Shown piece by piece: positions 1-7,690 of a DNA stretch of 8,401 nt. A model generated the notes under the pieces. That model saw nothing but the letters and a program-made list of their open reading frames with translations, did not search any database and had not been told where the DNA came from. How positions within the stretch are numbered: position 1 is the stretch's first letter; each line of letters opens with the position of its first letter. Location: assembly GCF_018420025.1 (NCBI RefSeq), contig NZ_JAEDAM010000041.1, positions 1 to 8,401 on the forward strand. The letters are read 5' to 3'. The position numbers were made by a program, and so were the translations under genes. The DNA comes from Candidatus Vampirococcus lugosii (GTDB lineage Bacteria; Patescibacteriota; Gracilibacteria; Absconditabacterales; Absconditicoccaceae).

Positions 1-2
1 CA

Positions 3-128
3 TTATTAACTGAATTAAAAAATGTAAGTAAAGTTTACTTTAAAATAGATAATATACATATAAATAAAGTAGAACAAATAAATGAGCTTCAAGAAAAATT
101 ATTTAAATTATTTAAAATAAAATTATAA
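3..128 (+). CDS. 3' end of a hypothetical protein (5'-truncated by the window edge)
   Basis: Frame +3 is open from the window edge to TAA at 126-128 (LLTELKNVSKVYFKIDNIHINKVEQINELQEKLFKLFKIKL*). A terminator-like hairpin follows immediately. No family recognised. Confidence 0.45.
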   Translation, partial: LLTELKNVSKVYFKIDNIHINKVEQINELQEKLFKLFKIKL

Positions 129-129
129 A

Positions 130-160
130 ATTTGTGTAGTACACAAATCTATTTTTATTT
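130..160 (+). terminator. Rho-independent terminator-like hairpin
   Basis: Stem atttgtgt (130-137) pairs with acacaaat (141-148) around a 3-nt loop. A T-rich tract ctatttttatttt follows, 2 nt after the TAA of the upstream CDS. Confidence 0.6.
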
Positions 161-166
161 TCTTGC

Positions 167-191
167 AAATCCTTGTCTAAATCAAGGATTT
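167..191 (+). other. Second stem-loop (tandem terminator or leader structure)
   Basis: Perfect 9-bp inverted repeat aaatccttg (167-175) / caaggattt (183-191) with a 7-nt loop tctaaat, followed by agaaatttt. Confidence 0.35.
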
Positions 192-336
192 AGAAATTTT
201 GTTCTACAAAGATGAGTTTATTATTGCAGAAGGTTAGTTTTTACTATATTTTTACTTTAATAATCTATTGAAATATTCGATAAAAAAATTATATATACAT
301 ATATTTATTTATATTGTTTTAACTAATTTATATAGT

Positions 337-894
337 ATGTCAGAGTCTCTTTGAGGATTTTCTTTGGAAGATGGAAATCTTGGAAATACAGTATCAGAAG
401 TAAGTCAAGAGGATGTGAAAGCTGTGCAAAATGATCAAAAAAAAGCAAAAAAAGTATTTTCTGATATCAAAAATCAACAAAAAAAAGATAAAATAACTGC
501 TACATTGTTATCATGTATCTTGGAAAATATAAATGATGAGTTATTTGTAAACTTTTATTTATTTTATAAAAAATCTTGAGTTTCAATAAATAGTTTATTT
601 TTTATTTTTGCTCCATTTTTATGAGATAGGTTAGATATGGAAATTTTTTTAGTTTTAAATTATGATAAACCTGATAAATTTAATAATATTTCTTCTTATA
701 TAGATTATCTTGATTGATTTATTAAAAATTTTGATTTTTCAAAGCAGGTAAAATATGAATTTGTAAATTTAATTGTATCTATTATTTATAATTATGATCT
801 TTGAAAAGCTTATACAAGTTTATCTGATTTGGATGAACCAGATGTTTACAAAAAAAAGTTAATTGATAGTATTTATAGTGAATTATTTATATAA
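337..894 (+). CDS. Hypothetical protein, 185 aa (table 25)
   Basis: ATG at 337, TAA at 892-894, with 5 in-frame TGA codons read as Gly. It contains the track ORF 364..579 in the same frame. The N-terminus is charged and low-complexity (MSESLGGFSLEDGNLGNTVSEVSQEDVKAVQNDQKKAKK...) and the C-terminal half looks helical. No family recognised. Confidence 0.65.
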
Positions 895-908
895 TTAAAA
901 TAAACTAT

Positions 909-1652
909 ATGAAAACAGTTCTTGAGATAAAAGAATTAGAAAAATCTTTTAACAACAATTTTAAAAAAGTAAAAGTTTTGAATTGAGTAAATATTGTTGT
1001 TTGAAAATGACAAGTATATTGATTTTTGTGACCAAATTGAAGTGGTAAAACTACTACATTAAAATGTATATTGTGATTTTTGAAATATGATTCATGAACA
1101 GTTTCTATATTTGAGCAAAATCCAAATCAAAATAATTCTATTTTTAAAGATATATGATATGCACCAGAAAATGCTTACTTTTATGATCATTTAAATTGAA
1201 TTGAATTTCTTATTTTTATGTGAGAATTGTCTTGATTGTCCAAACAGAAATCAGAATTAAATTGAATTAATCTTTTGGATAAATTATAACTTTCTTTTGC
1301 CAAAACTAAAATGGTAAAATCTTATTCCAAATGAATGAGACAAAGATTAGGTTTGGCAGCTAGTTTAATTAATGATCCAAAAATAGTTTTTTGGGATGAA
1401 CCTATGAGTGGTCTTGATCCATTAGGTAGGATGGTTGTAAAAGATTTAATGTATGAATTAAAAGAAAAATGAGTTACATTATTTTTTAATACTCATATTT
1501 TGTCGGATGTACAAGATATTGCAGATAAATTTGGTATAATATATAATTGAAAAATTATTTATGAAGATATGACCAAAAATTTAAAATCAAATTTGGAAAA
1601 TATATTTAAAGAAAAAATATATGAAAATGAGAAAGAACTTCAAATAACATAA
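909..1652 (+). pseudogene. ABC transporter ATP-binding protein (ABC-2/NatA-like) interrupted by an in-frame TAA at 1287-1289
   Basis: With TGA=Gly the frame shows all the expected motifs. Walker A is GPNGSGKTT (1029-1055, two of three Gly are TGA). The signature is YSKGMRQR (1323-1343, Gly is TGA). Walker B is IVFWDEP (1383-1403), followed by a D-loop SGLD and an H-loop NTHIL. The frame is continuous from ATG 909 to TAA 1650-1652 except for one TAA, in LLDKL*LSFAKTK, between the Q-loop region and the signature motif. Confidence 0.8.
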
Positions 1653-1672
1653 TTTATAATTTAGTATTACAA

Positions 1673-2344
1673 ATGATTTTACTTATAGATAAACCTCAAT
1701 GACGAACTAGCTTTGATGTTGTTAAAAAAATTAGAAATAAAGAATCTTGAAAAAAGAAAGTATGACACTCTTGAACATTAGATCCTATGGCAACTTGATT
1801 ATTAGTTTTGTGAACTGATAAAGATACCAAATTATTGGAAAGTATACAAAAATTAGATAAAGATTATATTGCAAATATTGATTTTTCTGTTTTTACAGAT
1901 ACATGGGATATGGATTATCATAATGAAATTATAAATTATGATACAAAAATTATGGACTGAAAATTTTTTTTGCAAAAAGAATGATTAAGTATTTTATCTC
2001 CTGATATATTTGATATAAAAAATAAATTAGATTTATTAATTCCAGAATATGAATTACCACTTCCTGCATTTAGTGCAAAAAAAATTAAGTGAAAAAAATC
2101 TTATGATTTAGCTAGGAAATGAAATATACTTAAAAGATCTCAAAATATGAAAATGTTTAATTATGAAATAATTGATTATAATTTCCCAAATTTGAAAATA
2201 AAATTTACTGTATGAAGTGGTTGTTATATTAGATCTATTGCTTATTGGATTTGAAAAGAATTTAATTTATGATGAACTTTATCATATCTTAGAAGAACTA
2301 GAATAGGAGATTATGATATAAAATATGCAAATACTATTTTATAA
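1673..2344 (+). CDS. truB: tRNA pseudouridine(55) synthase TruB, 223 aa
   Basis: The N-terminus is MILLIDKPQG(CGA)TSFDVVKKIR. The catalytic motif is GHSGTLDPMATGLLVLG (1764-1814, all four Gly encoded by TGA). Also present are PAFSAKKIKGKKSYDLARKG and GSGCYIRSIAYWIGKEFNLGGTLSYLRRTRIG. These are the canonical TruB motifs, in the canonical order. Confidence 0.9.
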
Positions 2345-2371
2345 ATTTATTATTTAATTTCATTTTTTGAA

Positions 2372-3769
2372 ATGAATAGTCCTGAAATTATTAATTGAAA
2401 TATAAAAACATCAAAAAATTGAACATTTGATAAAATGTTATTGCAAAATATAGAAAAAAATTTTTTTCGTCAACAAGTTCCTCATATTTCTCAAAAAAAA
2501 GAAAATTTAAAAGAATTATGACTTGATGATGAAAAAGCAAAATATTGGGAAGATAGATCATGTGGTTATATTTGTCTTTTGATGTGATTAAAATATTTTT
2601 ATGGTGAAATAAATTATGATATAGAAAATATAGATTATGATTCTACAAAATCTTATGATTTTTTTGATTTTTATAATGCAAAAGAAAAATCTTATAAGTT
2701 TTTTACTAAAGAAAATGGTTGGTTGCATTATTGATTATTACAAATGGCAAGAGAATTATGACTTTATTGATTTTATAAAAAATTTCCAAAAGAAAAGCAA
2801 AAATTTATGATTTCTTTAGTTTCTTCATTAAATGAAAATTATTTTGTAACTGCTAGTGTATGATTTAAGTGATCTATTTCTCAATATTCAAAAGATTCTC
2901 ATCTATTAGTTATTTCTGGTTATGATATTGAAAAAAATGAATTAATATTGAATGATCCTTATAATCAAAATGAATCCAAGGTTGATATAGATGAATTTTT
3001 GGAAAAATTTAATTGAACTGTGTTTATGATTGCTGAAAAACCTGATGAAGAAATGTTGGTTAGTTCTCCATTTTTGATAGAAAAAGATAATGAATGAAAA
3101 TGAAATTTTACTTCTCTCGTTGTTCATCAAGATGAGACTTCTGCATTAAATTTAGTTGAATCTTTGGATGATGTAGAAAAAATATTTTTTAGACAAAATT
3201 GAGAAAGATCTTTAAGATTTCGTGTATGAAATATATTGTTGAGAGTAGATCCTAATAGAATCTTTACAAATGAATGAGCATTAAAAACTATTTTGCAATT
3301 AAATAAACATATTATAGATTCTCAAATACAAGATGTAAATAATTATTATAAATATCTTATTGAAAATCCTGATCAAATGACTGAAGAAATTTCTGATGCA
3401 TTATCTATTGTTAAAAATATAAAAAATTATTTATTATCAAAATTAAATATAGAAAAACCTGTTGTTGCTATTCATAATAATAGATTTATGGATATTTCAA
3501 AAAATTTTAAAGAATATGAATTTTATCAAAATAATGATATTCCCAAAAATTGTTTTGTTATAGTTAATAATTTTTCTGATTTTGAAAATTTGATGAAAAA
3601 TTGAATAAGTGTAGTTTTGATGGATAAAATTGATTGAGATTGATGATTTTCTGATTTTGCAAATATTGAATGAATTAGATATTTTAATATTGAAACTTGA
3701 TTCAATAATTCTGATATTCAAAAATCATTTTATAATAAAATTTCATCAATTATAGAATTATCTTCATAA
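2372..3769 (+). CDS. Two-domain putative peptidase, 465 aa: N-terminal C39-like (papain-fold) cysteine peptidase, C-terminal M14-like zinc peptidase motif set
   Basis: The N-terminal half has VPHISQ...YWEDRSCGYICLLMGLKYFYG (Cys codon 2561-2563), HLLVISGYD (His codon 2900-2902) and LILNDPY, the Cys/His/Asp layout of Peptidase_C39-like domains. The C-terminal half has VVHQDE (3125-3136, HxxE), RVDPNRIF (3248-3259), VVAIHNN (His 3473-3475) and RYFNIETG (Glu 3692-3694). The track ORF 3293..3604 is an internal fragment in the same frame. No signal peptide is evident. Confidence 0.65.
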
Positions 3770-3801
3770 ATTAATAATTTATATATTTTTTGATATTTGT
3801 A

Positions 3802-4857
3802 ATGAAAAAAAAGTTCTTTGTATATAGTTTTTTGTTAATTTTGTTGTCTTTTTTATTTTCTTTTTATTTACTAAATAAAAACTTGATAATAAATAAACAA
3901 CTTGTAATAAATCATTGAGATTGATTTAGAAATTTAATATCTGATTTTTCTTATTTAGATAAAATTTCATTATTGGCATATAACAAAATAAATAATAAAG
4001 ATACTTCAATTTTTCCTTGAGTTTACAATTTTAGTTGATCATATACCAAAAGTGAATTTTTTGAAAAAATAAATAAATGACCAGACAAAAATTATACTTA
4101 TATTACAATAATAGAATGACGATCTATTTATGATATAGATGATTATCTTGCTAATAATTGATATATTAATTTTTGAGATTATATAAATTATGTATCTGAT
4201 AAAAAAAATATTTCAAAATATATAGAAAAATATGAGTTTTTGAAGTTTGATTTTGAAATAAATAATTTGGAATGATTTCTATATCCTGATACATATAAAA
4301 TAGATTTATGATGAGATTTTTTATGACAATTAGTTGATTTGCAATTGCAAAATTTTAATAAAAAAGTATGGGAAATGCATAAAAATGATTTTGATTGATT
4401 TAATCAAAAATTAAATAAAGATTGAAATAATTATAATTTAAGTTTTTATGATATTATTATTTTGGCATCTATTATAGAAAAAGAAGAAAATCTTAATCAA
4501 AATAAACCAGAAATAGCATGAATTTTTATAAATAGATTAAATTCATCATGTCCTTGAGCTTTCAGAATTGATGCCGATATTACATTATGTTATTGATTAA
4601 AAAAACCTTATAAATATTGTACTAGTTCGGTTATAGTTGAAAATTTATATGATTCTGATAATTTATATAATACTAGGGCAGTATCTTGACTTACACCAAG
4701 TCCTATATCAAATCCTGAATTGATTACAATTGAATCTTTATTAAATTATAATAGTACTAACAAATGTTATTATTTACATGATAATAATTGAAAAATACAT
4801 TCAAGTGTCAATATACAAGAACACAATATATTAAAAAGTAAATATTTAAATAAATAA
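3802..4857 (+). CDS. mltG: Endolytic murein transglycosylase MltG (YceG-like), 351 aa
   Basis: The N-terminus is a TM anchor, MKKKFFVYSFLLILLSFLFSFYLL. The remaining motifs are ITIIEG(CGA)SIYDI, LEGFLYPDTYKI, LASIIEKEE (4465-4485, catalytic Glu region), IAGIFINRL, FRIDADITLCYG, LYNTRAVSGLTPSPISNP and YYLHDNNGKIHSSVNIQEHN. Together these cover the full YceG/MltG motif series. Confidence 0.9.
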
Positions 4858-4873
4858 AAAACTTTTATAAAAA

Positions 4874-4901
4874 TTGCATTTTAATATATATTATATATAA
4901 T
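4874..4901 (+). promoter_or_regulatory. Sigma70-like promoter candidate upstream of the surface-protein gene pair
   Basis: TTGCAT (4874-4879), a 16-nt spacer, then a perfect TATAAT (4896-4901), about 35 nt upstream of ATG 4936. Such matches arise easily by chance in AT-rich DNA. Confidence 0.35.
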
Positions 4902-4935
4902 AGTTAGTATTTATAAACTAATTAAAATCCATACG

Positions 4936-5415
4936 ATGAAATTAGAATCTATTAAGGAGAATTTGTTAGCTTTAGTTTTAGCTTTTATTCTTGCTTTTAG
5001 TATAATGTTTGTATTTAGTACTACCGATTTACTGAAAGCTGATATATTGTGAATACAAGATAAAGAAGAGAATATAAGATGAGATGTTTATTCTAATTTA
5101 ACTTGATGACAGCTTAAAATAGTTTCAAACACTAATCTTAAATGAATATCTGCGGCATCTTTTACAGTTGTTTATGATCCTAGTGAATTAGAAATATTGG
5201 CATCTGATTTGGATTCTAAATATAATTTTAATACTAGTTTTAATGAATGAGTAGTAAATATATATATTACTGATATATGAGAGATAAAATTGGAAGATGA
5301 AATGTTTGTTATAAATTGAATTTCTTCTGATTATATAGATTCATTAAATGTATCTGATTTTATGTTTAATTTTACTGATTGAAGTTCAGATAGTCCTAAT
5401 ATTACATCTAATTAA
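4936..5415 (+). CDS. Membrane-anchored/secreted hypothetical protein, 159 aa, possible cohesin-like beta-sandwich
   Basis: ATG 4936 to TAA 5413-5415, with 9 in-frame TGA codons. The N-terminus has a hydrophobic anchor, NLLALVLAFILAFSIMFVFS. The segment ISAASFTVVYDPSELEILASD...GVVNIYITDIG weakly resembles cohesin-type domains. Confidence 0.65.
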
Positions 5416-5450
5416 AAAATTTATTTTATATTAAAAATTCAATAAACAAA

Positions 5451-7073
5451 ATGAAAATAATATTGACTTTGATTCTTTTTATTCTATCTTTTTGAATATC
5501 ATTTTGAATGATTGCTGATCTTGATGTATCTATAGAAAAAGATACAGCCGATATGAATGAAACTTTGGATATGACTATTAGAGCATTAGATGCTGATGGT
5601 AATGTAGTTGATGATCATGTTTGAAGTGTGCTTATGGTTATTGAAGGTGGTGGTTGATTTGAGTCTGTTGAGTTTCCTAGTGATTGAATTTATGATTTTA
5701 CTTTGGAAGATCAATGAGAAGTTATATTTACTAAATGATTGACTTTTTTGGAGTCTTGAGAATTTACTATTTTGGTAGAAGATTTGATGGATCCTAATAT
5801 TAGTTGAACAGCACAAATAAATATTTCTGGTTGATGAAGTGAATATCAATTTGATGTTGATATTTATTCTCCAGCTAATTGAGGAACTGAAACTAGTTCT
5901 TCAATAAATGTTATATGAGAAACAAATGCACCAAATACAATATATGAAGTTTTTATAGATTGAGAGATGGTAAAAGAAGATATAACTGATGAAAATTGAG
6001 CTATAAATACATATATACAAAATACTTATGAATGAAATGTTTCTATGATTGTTAAATTACTTGATTTAGATTGAAATGTTGTTTGAGAATCTGATGAAAT
6101 AAGTTTTGATTATTATCCAGAAGATGAAGAAGTATTTCAATCTTTGGAAATAAATCCTTGAAATGAAGTTAATCAATGAGATGATATTGAATTTATAGTT
6201 TATACTTCTGATAATGTAGAATCTGTTGATTTGAAATTGGAATGATATCAATCATATTCTATGGATAAAGATTCTAATGGTAAATTTGTAAGAAATATTA
6301 AAATTGATGATCCATGATCTTATGAAATTTGATTGGAACTTATGGCTATGTGAAATATGGAAGAATATGATAATGTTGATAATATTAATATATTGGAAAA
6401 AAAATTAATAGAAAATGTTAAATTTGTAAAAAATAAAGAAAATAATTCAATTTCTTTTGATTGGCAATATAGAGGACAAATACCAAAATTTATGTTTACA
6501 TATGCTAATTCTCAAGAAGATGTGATGTCAGAAAATTTAAGAAATGAGATTATAGTAGATGAAAATGAAACAGTTTTGGAATGAGTTGATCTTGATGACG
6601 ATTTTTATGTAATAGTTTATCCTTTGGATCAAAATGATAATGTTGATTGAGAAGAATCTGGTTTGGTTGTGATTGAATGATCTATGATGGCTTCTCCTAG
6701 TTGTCAAGTTTCTTGAATAAAATTGAGATTAGAAAAAATAAATTGAAAAAATTATATAGTTTGGGATGAAATAGATTGAGTAGATACTTATGAGATATAT
6801 ATGTCAGAAAATGAAGTTGCAAATATAAGTGAAATGAAAAAAGTTGCAGATAGAAAGGAAAATAAATATGAATATCCATTTGATCCTGATTCTGAAGAAG
6901 AGATTTATAATTGGTATTCTGTAGTTGCTAAATGTTCTGACTGAGAAAGTTTTAATATAGATGGTGTTACTAAAGTTAAAGTATGACCGGTTACTAATAT
7001 AGTTCTATTTTTATTATTTTCTGTTTTTATTTATATGTCTTATTATATAATTTCTTATTCTAGGAAAAACTAA
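5451..7073 (+). CDS. Large surface protein, 540 aa: signal peptide, tandem Ig-like/FN3-like domains, C-terminal anchor
   Basis: ATG 5451 to TAA 7071-7073 with many in-frame TGA codons; the track ORF 6357..6584 is an internal fragment. The signal peptide is MKIILTLILFILSFGISFG. An Ig-like segment reads LDMTIRALDADGNVVDDHVGSVLMVIEGGGG...FTILVEDLMDPNISGTAQINI. An FN3-like segment reads GIKLRLEKINGKNYIVWDEIDGVDTYEIYMSENE. The C-terminus is VKVGPVTN, then a hydrophobic stretch IVLFLLFSVFIYMSYYIISY, then SRKN. Confidence 0.8.
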
Positions 7074-7195
7074 TATAATAGTATTATATATGTAAATATT
7101 AATAAAGATATATATTTCTTTAAAAGAAACTATTCATAAATATAATTGAAAAAATTAGTCATTAGATGTAATATATTTGGTTTTTTATATAAAAC

Positions 7196-7249
7196 AAAAA
7201 AAGACACAGTTTTTAAGTTTATTAAAATAATGTCTTTTTTTTTGTGTTT
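7196..7249. terminator. AT-rich extended hairpin flanked by A- and T-tracts (possible bidirectional terminator)
   Basis: aaaaaaagaca (7196-7206) pairs with tgtcttttttt (7231-7241). An inner ttttaa/ttaaaa pairing (7211-7216 / 7222-7227) lies within the loop. A T-run follows on the plus strand and an A-run precedes it. The pairs are almost all A-T, so the structure is weak. Confidence 0.35.
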
Positions 7250-7386
7250 GAATTTTAAAACTTATTCTCTACGAATATAACTTATTTTTTAATATCTTAT
7301 AAATAAAATATTTGAACCTAAAAGTAAAAATGTTCTAAAAAACAAAAAATATAGAAAAAGAGTTGGAAGATGCTATAAAAGAGTAA

Positions 7387-7455
7387 TTAATTAATTTTTA
7401 AATTATCTGTTATTAATTTCTTAAAATCTTGTATTCATATTGCTATTTTTTTCAT
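7387..7455 (-). pseudogene. 22-codon remnant resembling the N-terminus of AAA-ATPase-like (PF09820-type) proteins
   Basis: The minus-strand ATG (7455-7453) to TAA (7389-7387) encodes MKKIAIGIQDFKKLITDNLKIN*. It matches my recollection of that family's conserved N-terminus (MKKLPIGIxDFxxLIxxNYxYVDKT). The conserved Gly is a TGA codon. No continuation (YVDKT etc.) appears in any downstream frame. Confidence 0.3.
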
Positions 7456-7489
7456 CTCTTTATTTTTTTAATATTACTAAATCTCTTTC

Positions 7490-7517
7490 ATTATATTTTT
7501 TTGATCTTCAAAATCAA
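7490..7517 (-). promoter_or_regulatory. Sigma70-like promoter candidate on the minus strand upstream of the 22-codon remnant
   Basis: On the minus strand: TTGATT (7517-7512), a 16-nt spacer, then a perfect TATAAT (7495-7490), about 35 nt upstream of the ATG at 7455. Confidence 0.3.
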
Positions 7518-7559
7518 CTTTTTTTTGTTATATTTCCATTTTTTGCCAAGGCAAAAATC

Positions 7560-7601
7560 AACAAAAAAACATGATAGAAGAATATATCATGTTTTTTTGT
7601 T
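7560..7601. terminator. Strong bidirectional rho-independent terminator
   Basis: Perfect 17-bp inverted repeat aacaaaaaaacatgata (7560-7576) / tatcatgtttttttgtt (7585-7601) with an 8-nt loop. The A7 and T7 tracts sit inside the arms, so the hairpin ends in a U-run on either strand. A small hairpin tttttgc-caag-gcaaaaa (about 7540-7557) lies just upstream. Confidence 0.6.
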
Positions 7602-7619
7602 AACTAAATCAAAATAAGT

Positions 7620-7647
7620 AAAGAGTCAAAGAGAACAAAGAGTCAAA
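7620..7647. repeat. 11-bp direct repeat, two copies
   Basis: aaagagtcaaa occurs at 7620-7630 and again at 7637-7647, separated by gagaac. The minus-strand reading is tttgactcttt twice. Confidence 0.6.
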
Positions 7648-7650
7648 TAT

Positions 7651-7690
7651 ACGATGAATGATTTTAAAAACAAAACAGATCATTCATCGT
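7651..7690 (-). terminator. Stem-loop immediately after the stop codon of the FISUMP-domain gene
   Basis: Perfect 12-bp inverted repeat acgatgaatgat (7651-7662) / atcattcatcgt (7679-7690) with a 16-nt loop. The right arm abuts and overlaps the minus-strand TAA (7692-7690). The downstream tract on the minus strand (atatttgactcttt) is only moderately T-rich. Confidence 0.45.

Noticed and set aside
212-283. Small plus-strand ORF (ATG 212 to TAA 281-283, 23 aa, MSLLLQKVSFYYIFTLIIYGNIR)
   Set aside because: It is too short, has no recognisable similarity and lies in an AT-rich leader where such ORFs arise by chance.
268-297. TTGAAA-17/18-TATATA promoter-like match upstream of the 337..894 gene
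   Set aside because: The -10 element is imperfect and the region is nearly pure A/T, so chance matches are expected. It is not strong enough to report as a feature.
2942-6879. Minus-strand ORFs from the supplied track (2942..3130, 3497..3721, 5586..5849, 6066..6251, 6697..6879)
   Set aside because: All lie antisense to long plus-strand genes with recognisable products under table 25. Their translations are low-complexity I/F/N/K-rich strings, typical of shadow frames in AT-rich DNA.
7429-7617. Track ORF on the plus strand, 62 aa (MYSYCYFFHLFIFLILL...)
   Set aside because: It runs through the intergenic palindromes and terminator, is low-complexity F/L/I-rich, starts at a non-ATG codon and has no recognisable motif. 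The opposite strand holds a better candidate, the 22-codon remnant with a promoter.
7620-7647. Possible CRISPR or minisatellite because of the repeated aaagagtcaaa
   Set aside because: There are only two 11-bp copies with a 6-bp spacer. That is far too short and too few for a CRISPR array, and no cas genes are nearby.
7601-7648. TTGACT hexamers, one in the minus-strand reading of each direct-repeat copy, as -35 promoter boxes
   Set aside because: No acceptable -10 element lies at 16-18 nt (the best is TAGTTA). The sequence immediately downstream on that strand is a strong terminator, so a promoter here would be futile.
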